Below, one piece after another: positions 10,407-19,605 of a stretch of 58,702 bases of DNA. Position numbers and translations under genes: made by a program. This stretch comes from Candidatus Dormiibacterota bacterium (GTDB lineage: Bacteria; Chloroflexota; Dormibacteria; Aeolococcales; Aeolococcaceae): the NCBI GenBank assembly GCA_036276135.1, contig DATBEL010000002.1, forward strand, positions 1-58,702, read 5' to 3'. Below the pieces are notes generated by a model. It saw only the letters and a program-made list of their open reading frames with translations. It searched no databases and was not told the DNA's origin. Position 1 is the first letter of the stretch. The number at the start of each line of letters is the position of its first letter.

Positions 10407-11531
10407 TCAGCCTGCGGCCGGCTCCACCGCGCGGCCGCAGCCCGCACAGAACTTCGCCCCGGCGGCCAGTGGCGCGCCGCAGCCGGCGCAGACGTGGGGC
10501 TCGGCGGCGGGCAGCGCCGCGCCGCAGTTGGTGCAGAACTTCGCCCCGGCGGCGTTCGCTGTGTTGCAGGCCGGACAGGTCACCACCGCGGCGGCCCCGT
10601 TGCCCGAGGGCGACGGTTGGTAGCCGCCGCCACCACCCGCGAAGCCGGGTGCCGACGGAGGCGCCGGACCCACCGCGGGCATCTGCGTCGCCTGGCCGCC
10701 GAGGCCGAGCCCGGCTCCGATGAAGGCGCCGGCAACGCCCTGGCCACCCTTGGCCATGCCCTGGCCGGCGCCGAGTTGCAGCTCACCGGCGGCGTACTGC
10801 TGGAACGACCCCGCCAGCCGCGAATAGGCGGTGTCCCGCGCCAGGGTCTTGAGCTGCGCCTCGTCCTCGTCGCCGAGGCTGATGGTGAAGTTGCCCATGC
10901 GGGCAATCGAGAGACCGTAGGCGGCGAGCTGCTGGGCTGAGGCGGCGATCACCTCGGCCTCGACCTCGGGCACATACGCGGCCAGCCCGAGGATGGGCCA
11001 GCCCTTGCTGACGACGTGCTGGGTGACGTCGGTGCGCAGCACCTTGATCAGCTGCTGCGCCACCCAGTCGGTGATGGCGTCGTTGTCGGTGACGTCGACC
11101 GTCCCGGTCAGGTTGGTCAGCAGGGTCGACGGGTCGGTGACCTTCAGCGAGTACTCGCCGTACACACCCAGCGACACGACCAACCCGGTGACGGGGTCCT
11201 GGACGTTGTCGATCCGGCCGCCGAACTTGAGGTCGGTGTACTCGCGGCTGCCGACGAAGTAGATCTCGACGCGGTACAGGTTGCCACCGCTGAGGTGGTC
11301 GGCAAAGAAGCCGAGAAACGGGATCTCGGTGGCGTCAAGCGCGTGGCGACCGGGTGGAAGCGTGCCCTTGACCTCACCCTGGTACATGAAGACCGCCACC
11401 TCATCCGGAGCGACGATCGCGTTGCTGTAGCGGCGGATGCTCAGGTCCGGCCACTTGAAGACGATCTGCCCCTTGCGAGCGTCGGGGACGGCGATGTTCT
11501 CGCGGGGCGAAGGGAAGAAGTCCGGCATCAC
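10407..11531 (-). CDS. SPFH (YdjI-like band-7) domain protein with C-terminal double zinc ribbon
   Basis: N-terminal IVFKWP...IV.PDE.AVFMYQG.V.G.L.PG.H pattern; C-terminal CPAC..AKFCTNCG and CAGCG..AKFCAGCG. Confidence 0.85.
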   Translation of the reverse strand: MMPDFFPSPRENIAVPDARKGQIVFKWPDLSIRRYSNAIVAPDEVAVFMYQGEVKGTLPPGRHALDATEIPFLGFFADHLSGGNLYRVEIYFVGSREYTDLKFGGRIDNVQDPVTGLVVSLGVYGEYSLKVTDPSTLLTNLTGTVDVTDNDAITDWVAQQLIKVLRTDVTQHVVSKGWPILGLAAYVPEVEAEVIAASAQQLAAYGLSIARMGNFTISLGDEDEAQLKTLARDTAYSRLAGSFQQYAAGELQLGAGQGMAKGGQGVAGAFIGAGLGLGGQATQMPAVGPAPPSAPGFAGGGGGYQPSPSGNGAAAVVTCPACNTANAAGAKFCTNCGAALPAAEPHVCAGCGAPLAAGAKFCAGCGRAVEPAAG

Positions 11532-11782
11532 AGGCCTCTGGGTGGGGCGATTGGTCTGCGCTCATTATCGGCTCCCCGCCGGGGCACCAAACGCTGCGGC
11601 CCGCAGGGGCGACTCTTCACAGCTTCGTAGCCCGCCGGTGTCGAGGGGGCGCCACGACGTGGCTGAGAATGGGCAGTCATCGCCACAGCGGGCTTTTCCG
11701 ACTCATCTACAGAGGCCACCGTGTTCGCAATGACAGCTGGAGAAGCCACCGCACTGCCTCGTGACTGCGCCGTCACGGGACC

Positions 11783-13309
11783 ATGGCAGCCGGGCTCTTC
11801 TTCATCAGGCAGATTGCAAGAGATGTGCCGCAAGGGTGGGAATCACCAGTGATCGCAATGAACGACGCGGTCGACGTCCTCCGCCACGGCTGGCAGGATG
11901 CGGCCGGTATCTTTGCGCCCGACAGCCCGGAGATCGCCGAGCTGCTCCAGGCGCGCCTCGAGATGGCCGTGGCCAACCGCTCGCTCGATGAGAACCACCT
12001 CCTCGGCGCCATCGATGACGTCGAGTCGATGGCGGCCAGCACGGGCAGCCCGTCAGGCCAGGCACTCGCCCGCCGACTGCGCCGGACCGTCTACGAGTAC
12101 CTCCTCGCTCTCGATGCGGCGCCGCCTCCGGTCCTCGCCGCGCCGGCGCCCACCCCGGCTCTTGCCGTCCAGCCGCACGAGCCCGAGGCCAAGGCCGAGC
12201 CCGAGCCCGAGACCGAGCCAGAAGAGGTCTCCGCCCTCGGGCATCGCGCCCCACCGATGGAGTCGACGGCCGCGCCGTCCACGCCCGCCACCGCGGAGGC
12301 CGAGCCGATCGACGTCGCGCCCTTGGACACCCCCACCGACGACGGCGTCGAGGCAGCGCAGACCGACCTCGAGCCTGCGCCGGCCGTACAGCCCGAAGCG
12401 GCCACGCCGGCTGCAGAGCCCGAAGCGGCCACACTGGCGGCGTCTTCTCCCCAGCCGGCTGCTCCGCCGGCGGCAGCAGAGGCCACGTCCGACGGGCACC
12501 CTGACGGCTTCGTCGCCCCCAGGGCTGGGTTCCACGTGATCGAGGACACCCACCCCACCCACGCTCCCCGCGAGGCGGCCGAGTCACCGCTGCAGATGCC
12601 GGCCTTCGCCCAACCCGAGGTCGCCGCCGCGCCCCCGGCGGGCCCCGAGCATGCCGAGGGCGAGCTGGCCACGTACCAGTGGACCCGGCCGGGTCCCCCG
12701 GGCCCCGCCGCCGCGCCCGCATCCAACGGGCACGCCGCTCCCCCGTCCACTCAGCCGGCACCGGCTGCCGACGGCCCTGCCGCCTACGACGTCGACCCCG
12801 ACAACGGCTGGCACGTGCGCAGAGGCGAGACCCCGGCCCCGCCCACCATCGACGAGGATCCCTTCGAGAACAACCCCCGGCTTGCCGACCTGCGCCGGCG
12901 CATCGATGAGCGCCTCCGTCGCAAGAAGTGCGACGACGCGGCCGCTCTGCTGCAGGAGCTCGCCCAGGAGATCGGCGGACGCGTCGTGGCGGAGCTGGCC
13001 ATGAATGCGGGTGACCGCTGTCAGAGCCTTGGCAAGTCCAATGCCGCGCTGAACTGTTATCTCGCCGGGTCGCGCGCCGATCCCGTCTACGAGCTGCCCC
13101 TGAGCCGGCTCGCCGACATCTGCATCGATGACCAGGACACCGAGCTCGCGGTGTCGTACCTCGAACGCATCGCGCGCCTCTACCGGTTCCGCGGTGACGA
13201 CAAGGCGGCGTTGCGTGTCTACCGGCGCATCGCCACCATCGCGCCGTACCGCGAGGATGTGCTCGCGTTGCTGCTCAACGTGCACAACACGGGGCGATTC
13301 GAGTCCTGA
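11783..13309 (+). CDS. Hypothetical protein: N-terminal helical domain, long Pro/Ala/Glu linker, C-terminal TPR-like repeats
   Basis: C-terminal helical repeats (AALNCYLAGSRADP; AVSYLERIARLY; AALRVYRRIATIAP). Confidence 0.75.
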   Translation: MAAGLFFIRQIARDVPQGWESPVIAMNDAVDVLRHGWQDAAGIFAPDSPEIAELLQARLEMAVANRSLDENHLLGAIDDVESMAASTGSPSGQALARRLRRTVYEYLLALDAAPPPVLAAPAPTPALAVQPHEPEAKAEPEPETEPEEVSALGHRAPPMESTAAPSTPATAEAEPIDVAPLDTPTDDGVEAAQTDLEPAPAVQPEAATPAAEPEAATLAASSPQPAAPPAAAEATSDGHPDGFVAPRAGFHVIEDTHPTHAPREAAESPLQMPAFAQPEVAAAPPAGPEHAEGELATYQWTRPGPPGPAAAPASNGHAAPPSTQPAPAADGPAAYDVDPDNGWHVRRGETPAPPTIDEDPFENNPRLADLRRRIDERLRRKKCDDAAALLQELAQEIGGRVVAELAMNAGDRCQSLGKSNAALNCYLAGSRADPVYELPLSRLADICIDDQDTELAVSYLERIARLYRFRGDDKAALRVYRRIATIAPYREDVLALLLNVHNTGRFES

Positions 13310-13495
13310 TCCTCCGGTCTCTTCATGACGAGGCGTCAGAACCGGATCGGAGTGTCGATGAGTTTGTTACCGGATGGCGACACTTGGCCGCCAATCCTCA
13401 GCGAAACTCCTTGAAGGACCTGGAACTCGTCCTGCGTCGCACCGACGCTCGATGCACCACCACAGACAACGACATCAAAAGCAAGGGGAACTGAC

Positions 13496-14323
13496 GTGGC
13501 CATTCAGCCGAACAAACCGCAGAACCGGGTGTTTCTGCTTGTGGGCATCGTGCTCGCGGCGGCCGCCGCGCTTGCTGTTCTCTTCGCGGTCAGCCGCAGC
13601 AGCAGCAACACACCGACGACCAATGTTGTCGTTGCCAAGACGACGATCGCCGCAGGGACGTCGATCAGCTCCGACATGGTCACCACCACCGCGCTCGCGC
13701 AGGGAAGCTTCCCCGCCGACGTGTACACCGACCCGTCCGCCGTGGTCGGCAAGACTGCGCCGGTGACGCTGAGCCAGAACACCCCGCTGTACACGTCGCT
13801 GTTCGTCTCGGCGAACCCCGGCGTGCCGGGCCAGCCCGTGCTCGCGCACCTGGACATCACCAAGGGATACGTGGCGCTTGCCATTCCTGCCAGCAGCGGT
13901 GTCAGCGGCGGCGGCGCCAATGCCGAGCTCGCCTCGGTCGGCTTCTACATCCAGCCAGAGGATCACATCGACATCCTCATCGACCCGGGAACCCCGACTC
14001 AGCCGGGCGTGCGCTATTCCTTCCAGGATGTCCGCGTGCTCCGCGTGGGTGCCTCGGGCAGCACGGGCAGTGCCGTGACCTCGTACATCATCGAGCTGCC
14101 ACGCAGCCAGGCGGAGATCATGACCGCGCTGACCACCCCCGGACGCTCCGGCGGGCCGGTCGTGCTCAAGTACGTGCTGCGTCCACAGAGCGAATGGGGC
14201 AAGCGTGACGGCGCCAACGGCTTCGACAAGCCACTCTACGAGGCCAGCACCGCCGCGCCGCTCACCACCGCCGCCGACAGTGGCGTGACCGCAGCCTCGC
14301 TCAACGCGCTGTTCGCCCACTGA
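13496..14323 (+). CDS. cpaB: Flp pilus assembly protein CpaB/RcpC (SAF domain)
   Basis: N-terminal TM; VVVAKTTIAAGTSI SAF motif; GYVALAIP; FYIQPEDHIDIL; FQDVRVLRVG; precedes tadB/tadC. Confidence 0.88.
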   Translation: MAIQPNKPQNRVFLLVGIVLAAAAALAVLFAVSRSSSNTPTTNVVVAKTTIAAGTSISSDMVTTTALAQGSFPADVYTDPSAVVGKTAPVTLSQNTPLYTSLFVSANPGVPGQPVLAHLDITKGYVALAIPASSGVSGGGANAELASVGFYIQPEDHIDILIDPGTPTQPGVRYSFQDVRVLRVGASGSTGSAVTSYIIELPRSQAEIMTALTTPGRSGGPVVLKYVLRPQSEWGKRDGANGFDKPLYEASTAAPLTTAADSGVTAASLNALFAH

Positions 14324-14367
14324 GTCGACGCACCGGTGAACCGCCGCCCATTTGACGTGGAGAACGG

Positions 14368-15351
14368 GTGATGACCTTCAGCCTTCCCGCGGTCGCCGCC
14401 GCGCTGCTCGCCGCGGGCACGATCTTCAGCCTGACGCTGTGGGCATCGGGCCGGCGTCTCACCGAGGCCGACCGCGTCTCGGCGCGACTGAGCCAGTACG
14501 GGCGCCCCACCGAGCTTGCGCCGACGCGGGTCCGCACCGGCAACCCGCTTCGAGACATGATCGAGGCGTTCGCCGCCATGCTCAACCCGGTGCTGGCACG
14601 CTCGTCCCACACCGGCAAGCTCGCCGACGACCTGCAGAAGGCCGACCTCAAGCTGAAGTCGTCGGAGTGGGTGCTCGCCGTGGTGGCATCCGGCGTCGTG
14701 CTGGGCGGGTTCCTCGCCCTGCGGTTCGCCAACCCGGTCGTCTTCTTCATCGGCCCGCTCGGCGCCTGGGCGTTGAGCGCTGTGTACCTCCGCTTCCGCC
14801 AGGGCCGGCGCACGCGTGCGTTCAACAACCAGCTCGGCGACACCATCACCCTGCTCAGCAATGCGCTCAAGGCCGGCTACTCGTTCGCGCAGGCACTGGC
14901 GTCGGTGGCCAAGAACGGCACGCCCCCCATCTCCGAGGAGTTCGGCCGGGCCGTGCGCGAGATCGCGCTCGGCATCACCGTCGATGACGCCCTCAACCAC
15001 ATGGTGAACCGCAACAAGTCCGAGGACTTCGACCTGCTGGTCACCGCCGTGCAGATCCAGCGCGTGGTCGGTGGCAACCTTGCCGAGATCCTCGACACCA
15101 TCGCCTACACGATCCGCGAACGCGTCCGCATCCAGGGCGAGATCCGCACCATCACCGCGCAGGCGCGCATCTCGGGGTGGATCATCACCCTGCTGCCGTT
15201 CGGGCTCGCCGGCGTGCTCGCGGTCATCTCGCCGTCGTACTTCGGCCCGATGCTTTCGGACAACCTCGGCCATGTCATGCTCGGCATCGGGGTCTTCTCG
15301 ATCATCATCGGCGCCGCCGCGATCCAGAAGATCGTGAAGATCGAGGTCTGA
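14368..15351 (+). CDS. tadB: Tad inner-membrane platform protein TadB (T2SS-F family)
   Basis: FNNQLGDTITLLSNALKAGYSF; AVQIQRVVGGNLAEILD; RERVRIQGEIRTITAQAR. Confidence 0.93.
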   Translation: MMTFSLPAVAAALLAAGTIFSLTLWASGRRLTEADRVSARLSQYGRPTELAPTRVRTGNPLRDMIEAFAAMLNPVLARSSHTGKLADDLQKADLKLKSSEWVLAVVASGVVLGGFLALRFANPVVFFIGPLGAWALSAVYLRFRQGRRTRAFNNQLGDTITLLSNALKAGYSFAQALASVAKNGTPPISEEFGRAVREIALGITVDDALNHMVNRNKSEDFDLLVTAVQIQRVVGGNLAEILDTIAYTIRERVRIQGEIRTITAQARISGWIITLLPFGLAGVLAVISPSYFGPMLSDNLGHVMLGIGVFSIIIGAAAIQKIVKIEV

Positions 15352-15355
15352 CGCC

Positions 15356-16285
15356 ATGCTTGCTGCAGCCGCCGCCCTGGCCGCCTTCATCGGTGTCAGC
15401 TTCATCATCTTCGGCCTGACCAGCCGCTCCACCGCGACGCAGGCGGATCTTCTCGAGGCTCGCCTCGCCCAGTTCACCGAGACCGGACACCACATAACCA
15501 GCCTGTCCGAGGCCGAGCTCAGTCTCCCCTTCGCCGACCGCGTCATCAAGCCCGTTTTCGACAAGTTGGGCAGGATCATGTCGCGACGCATGCAGGGCGG
15601 CCAGCTCCAGGCCGTCCAGGAGCGGCTCAACCTGGCCGGCCGTCCCGGCGGCCTCACCGCCGGTGGTTTCGTCGCGCTGCAGCTCATGTCGACCGTCGTC
15701 GGGGCCGCGCTCGGTGTCGGCGTGGCCCTGCTGCTCAACCTGACGGCGCCGCTGCTCTACCTGGCGCCAGTCGCCCTCTGCGTGGTCGGGTACCTCGCGC
15801 CGGCCTCGACGATCTCGCGACGCATCCGCAAGCGCCAGAAGGAGATCCTGCTGGCGCTGCCGAGCGCGCTCGACCTGCTGACCATCAGCGTGGAGGCCGG
15901 CCTCGCGTTCGACGCGGCGCTCACGCGGGTCACGGACAAATACCAGAACGCGCTGGCCTCCGAGTTCACCCAGGTTCTCAACGAGGTGCGCCTCGGACGT
16001 CCCCGGCTCGAGGCGCTCGACGAGATGGGCCGGCGCAACAAGGTCGAGGAGCTCAACAACTTCCTCCAGGCGATCATCCAGTCGGAGCAGCTCGGCGTCG
16101 GCATCGCCAACGTCCTGCGCATCCAGTCCGAGGAGATCCGTCGCAGGCGCCGTCAGCGCGCCGAGGAGGCGGGCCAGAAGGCACCGATCAAGATGCTCAT
16201 CCCGATGATCGGGTGCATCTTCCCCACCCTGTTCATCGTGCTGCTCGGCCCCGCCGTCATCCAGGTCGGCAAGCAGTTCCACTGA
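15356..16285 (+). CDS. tadC: Tad inner-membrane platform protein TadC (T2SS-F family)
   Basis: LPSALDLLTISVEAGLAFDAAL; IQSEQLGVGIANVLRIQSEEIR; AEEAGQKAPIKMLIPM. Confidence 0.93.
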   Translation: MLAAAAALAAFIGVSFIIFGLTSRSTATQADLLEARLAQFTETGHHITSLSEAELSLPFADRVIKPVFDKLGRIMSRRMQGGQLQAVQERLNLAGRPGGLTAGGFVALQLMSTVVGAALGVGVALLLNLTAPLLYLAPVALCVVGYLAPASTISRRIRKRQKEILLALPSALDLLTISVEAGLAFDAALTRVTDKYQNALASEFTQVLNEVRLGRPRLEALDEMGRRNKVEELNNFLQAIIQSEQLGVGIANVLRIQSEEIRRRRRQRAEEAGQKAPIKMLIPMIGCIFPTLFIVLLGPAVIQVGKQFH

Positions 16286-16291
16286 CCGGCG

Positions 16292-17179
16292 TCAGCCGGG
16301 CAGTGGTGAAGGCCCCCCTCCCAGCTGGATGAGCACGCCGTCGATCAGGCGCCGCCGGCGCGCCCGCCAGCGTTCGCGCAGCACGGAGTTGCCCGCCACC
16401 GCCGCGGGTACCGACTCCTCGTCGTCGAGCCGCGCTCGCAGCTGCGTCACCTCCTTGCGCAGAACCTCGATGCGGAGGCTCGCGATCATCTCCAGCGCCA
16501 CCTCGACGCGCAGGTCATCGTCCGACAGCACCCACATCTGGAGGGCGTCGGCCACGCTGTCGAGCCCGTCGCCGCTGCCGGCAAGCGGTCGCGCGTAGCC
16601 GAGCAGCTCCTCGACCAAGGGATCGACCCGCTCCTCGAGCCGCCGCTCGAAGGTGGCAAGGACCGCGTCGTGGGCCGCCTGGTAGGCGAGAACGGACGCG
16701 AGCTGCGGGGCATGGTGGGCCAGCCGGACGCGCTCGAGCTGGGTGAGCTCGATGTACCCGAGCCGCTCCGCCGCGATCGAGACCAGCCAGGGGCCCCCAT
16801 CGGAGCGGAAGAAGCAGAGGTTGTCGGGAAGGGCTGGACGCCGCCAGGCAAACAGCCGGTCGGCCGCGCTGAGCAGCACTGCGCTCGACTCCTTGCCGAG
16901 CTGGAAGCGGAGGAGCGACCCGCCCGGACCGCGCAGCGGCGCGCCCGCGAGGTGGGGATGCAGCGACTCCACGACCTGGCGGCCGCTCTCCGACATGTCC
17001 CCGGCGCCGACGGTGAGCATGCCGGTGGCGCCCTCGGCGAGGGCGGCCTCGACCAGGTTGCGGTACTCACGCCCGACCGGCTCGTCGATCAGCTCGTACG
17101 TGCGTCGCGCGGTGACGTCGGTGGCGGTCCGCGAGAAGGGCCGGCCTGGCATTGGGGTTCCCGGGTTCACTGGCTGCAT
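16292..17179 (-). CDS. Hypothetical two-domain protein
   Basis: Good GC3 bias; N-terminal LFAW..P.LPDNLCFFRSDG.PWL.S.A.E motif recalled from uncharacterised proteins; start uncertain (17179 or 17152). Confidence 0.7.
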   Translation of the reverse strand: MQPVNPGTPMPGRPFSRTATDVTARRTYELIDEPVGREYRNLVEAALAEGATGMLTVGAGDMSESGRQVVESLHPHLAGAPLRGPGGSLLRFQLGKESSAVLLSAADRLFAWRRPALPDNLCFFRSDGGPWLVSIAAERLGYIELTQLERVRLAHHAPQLASVLAYQAAHDAVLATFERRLEERVDPLVEELLGYARPLAGSGDGLDSVADALQMWVLSDDDLRVEVALEMIASLRIEVLRKEVTQLRARLDDEESVPAAVAGNSVLRERWRARRRRLIDGVLIQLGGGPSPLPG

Positions 17180-17277
17180 GCTACTGCTGTGCAGCGTCGC
17201 ACATCGGGCCGATCCTGCCTTGGCAGAGCTGTGACAAGCGCGCGCGGGGCGCGGACGCGTGGTAGCTTTCGGCCACG

Positions 17278-17865
17278 ATGATCGCAGCACAGGCCAGCAC
17301 CACCCTGCAGCAGTTCAGCGCCGACGCAGTCCTGGTGGTGCTGATCATCGTCAACGCCATCCTCGGCTGGCGCACCGGCACGCTGCGCCGCGTTGTCGCG
17401 TTCGCCGGGGTGTACGCAGGCGTCATGGCCGCCTACTACACCGGCAACTACTTTGCGTCGCTGGTGCACAAGGGCGACATCTTCGCCAACGCGTGGTCGT
17501 TCGTGGCCGTCACGGCGGTGGTGACGATCGTCTTCGAGATCATCGGCGGCGTCTTCTCCGAGCGGCTCTCCATGCTGGCCACGTTCACCTTTGACCGGAT
17601 CGCCGGCGCGCTCTTCGGCGCGCTGGTGGGATTCTTCCAGGTGAGCGTGCTCTTCCTGGTCGCGCTCGCTGTCGGCGCCGCGCCGTCCTCCGCGGCCAAC
17701 ACCATCCCCTTCGCCCGCGACGCCCCGGCCAACGCGATTCGCAACGCGCCGCTGTCTGGCCAGGCGATTCGCGCCCAGCCGGCGCTCCACACCATCTTCG
17801 GGCCTGTGTTCTCTCAGGACCTCACCACCCACCTCGAGGAGAGCACCCAGCTGACCACTCCCTGA
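17278..17865 (+). CDS. cvpA: CvpA family membrane protein
   Basis: D..L..L....A.LGWR.G..R; FDRIAGALFG motif. Confidence 0.82.
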   Translation: MIAAQASTTLQQFSADAVLVVLIIVNAILGWRTGTLRRVVAFAGVYAGVMAAYYTGNYFASLVHKGDIFANAWSFVAVTAVVTIVFEIIGGVFSERLSMLATFTFDRIAGALFGALVGFFQVSVLFLVALAVGAAPSSAANTIPFARDAPANAIRNAPLSGQAIRAQPALHTIFGPVFSQDLTTHLEESTQLTTP

Positions 17866-17879
17866 CCTGCGCGGTGCGG

Positions 17880-18266
17880 TCAGACGGCCACCGGGTTGTC
17901 CGAGACGAAGAACGATCTCACCACCGACCCGAGGCCGACCAGGTTGAACGGCTTGGTGATGAGGTGGTTGGCGCCGGCCAGCCGTGCCCGTTCGACGTCC
18001 TCGTCGCCCGACAGGGCGCTGAACATGAGCACGGGGATGTCCGCGGTGCCGGGGTTGGCACGGATCAGCCGGCAGGCCTCGATGCCGTCCATGCCCGGCA
18101 TCATGATGTCGAGGATGACCAGGTCGGGCCGCTGCTTGGCGACCTCGGCGAGCCCGTCCTCGCCGTTCGACGCCATGGCCACGTCGTATCCCTCGATGCC
18201 GAGGTACATGGCGACGATGTGGAGCAGACGGGGGTCATCATCGACAACCAGGACGCGTGGGCTCAT
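17880..18266 (-). CDS. Single-domain response regulator (receiver only)
   Basis: VLVVDDD, PDLVILDIMMPGMDG, FSA, ITKPF; no output domain. Confidence 0.95.
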   Translation of the reverse strand: MSPRVLVVDDDPRLLHIVAMYLGIEGYDVAMASNGEDGLAEVAKQRPDLVILDIMMPGMDGIEACRLIRANPGTADIPVLMFSALSGDEDVERARLAGANHLITKPFNLVGLGSVVRSFFVSDNPVAV

Positions 18267-18375
18267 CTGAGCGAGGCTCCTCCTGCAGCGGTGGGCCTGG
18301 TGGACCTCCCTGCGGCCGAGTATACGGGCGCTGAGTGTGGCGTCGGGAGCGTCCTGCGGGAGGCCTGTCTGGCTG

Positions 18376-19089
18376 TCACCAGACGAAGGGGATCAGGCGG
18401 CGGGTGTGCCGCGCGTATTCGGTGTACTCCGGGTACGCCTCGGTCAGCAGCCGTTCCTCGAACCGCGAGCGCAGCAGCTGGATGGCGACGAAGGGAGGCA
18501 GGATGACCACCACCAGCGCGCCCGGGTTGACCATCGCGAACGCCACCGCGGCCGCGATCTCGGCCGCGTAGAGCGGGTGCCTGACCAGCCGGTACGGGCC
18601 GCCGGTCACCAGCCGGCGCACCTCGGGGATGATGCTCAGGCTGCGACGCAGGTAGAGCAGGCCGTAGACGGCGAGGCTGAATGCGATCACTGAGACGGTC
18701 GTGGAGAGGCCGCCCACCCATGAGGGCGGCTGGTACAGCTGTGCCCCCTGCGGGAGGACGCCGACCACCAGGAGCATCACCGTGCCGGCGAGGCCCGCGA
18801 CGCGCGGCAGGATCCTGCCGTCACGCGCCCACGCCGCCGGCCTGCCGATGTAGATGAACACGGGGATCGCGCAGAACAGCAGGTACAGCGCCGCCGGCAA
18901 CGGGCTGCTGAGCACAGAGGTCGCGGTGACCGGGTTGGGGAGGGCGCGCACGTCACTCGCCAGGCGCATGAGCTGTGCATAACCGAGCAGCGCGAAGAAC
19001 GTTGCCGGGACGACACGACCGAACACGATGAGCCGGATAGAGTCGGTCGACATGACGCGCAGGCGCGGTGCAGCGGCTTCGATGGTCAT
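18376..19089 (-). CDS. Isoprenylcysteine carboxyl methyltransferase (ICMT/PEMT)-family membrane protein
   Basis: LVTGGPYRLVRHPLYAAE; EERLL..AYPEY.EYARHTRRLIP. Confidence 0.88.
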   Translation of the reverse strand: MTIEAAAPRLRVMSTDSIRLIVFGRVVPATFFALLGYAQLMRLASDVRALPNPVTATSVLSSPLPAALYLLFCAIPVFIYIGRPAAWARDGRILPRVAGLAGTVMLLVVGVLPQGAQLYQPPSWVGGLSTTVSVIAFSLAVYGLLYLRRSLSIIPEVRRLVTGGPYRLVRHPLYAAEIAAAVAFAMVNPGALVVVILPPFVAIQLLRSRFEERLLTEAYPEYTEYARHTRRLIPFVW

Positions 19090-19276
19090 CACGGAGAGTC
19101 TAGGCCACCAATGGGAAATCGCGTGTCCCGAATGTACGAGGGTTTGTTACGATCCTTTCGCAGAGTATCCATCCTGGTGGCACATCCTGGGGTCATAGTT
19201 TGGCTTGGTGCCGGGCACAAACCCGGGGCCCGAGTCAATTCGCACACAATCCCAGGAAAAGGAGGTGAACACCGGA

Positions 19277-19468
19277 ATGCTTAGCAATCTCTATCTCCGT
19301 CTCCGCGAGCTCATGGTTCGCAATCAGGAAGATGAGGAAGGCCAGGGTATGGTCGAGTACGCGCTCATCCTCGTCCTCATCGCTGTCGTCGTCATCGTCA
19401 TCCTCACCGTCGTTGGCAAGCAGGTCAACAACGTCTTCTCGAACATCAGCAGCGGCCTCGGTACTTAA
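19277..19468 (+). CDS. flp: Flp/Fap type IVb major pilin
   Basis: AAAGGAGGTGA SD; prepilin motif EEGQG|MVEYALIL followed by hydrophobic helix. Confidence 0.95.
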   Translation: MLSNLYLRLRELMVRNQEDEEGQGMVEYALILVLIAVVVIVILTVVGKQVNNVFSNISSGLGT

Positions 19469-19495
19469 AGACCGTCGCTCACGCGAGAACTGAAC

Positions 19496-19531
19496 AAGGG
19501 GAGCCGCATCGTGCGGCTCCCCTTTCTGTTT
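19496..19531 (+). terminator. Intrinsic terminator after flp
   Basis: Perfect 13-bp stem AAGGGGAGCCGCA-TCG-TGCGGCTCCCCTT followed by TCTGTTT. Confidence 0.85.
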
Positions 19532-19605
19532 GCCCCAGTATCAGTCGTGTGAATTGCTGTTGACGGAGGTGTCGCAGGCGGCCAGTTGCCACCTACCATG
19601 ATCCG

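Noticed and set aside
10440-10560. Direct DNA repeats suggesting a CRISPR-like array
   Set aside because: Only two copies, inside the coding double zinc ribbon; no cas genes
19100-19270. Possible c-di-GMP riboswitch upstream of flp
   Set aside because: No recognisable GEMM-I or class II architecture (no GAAA tetraloop/receptor pair) by eye; an Infernal/Rfam scan would be decisive
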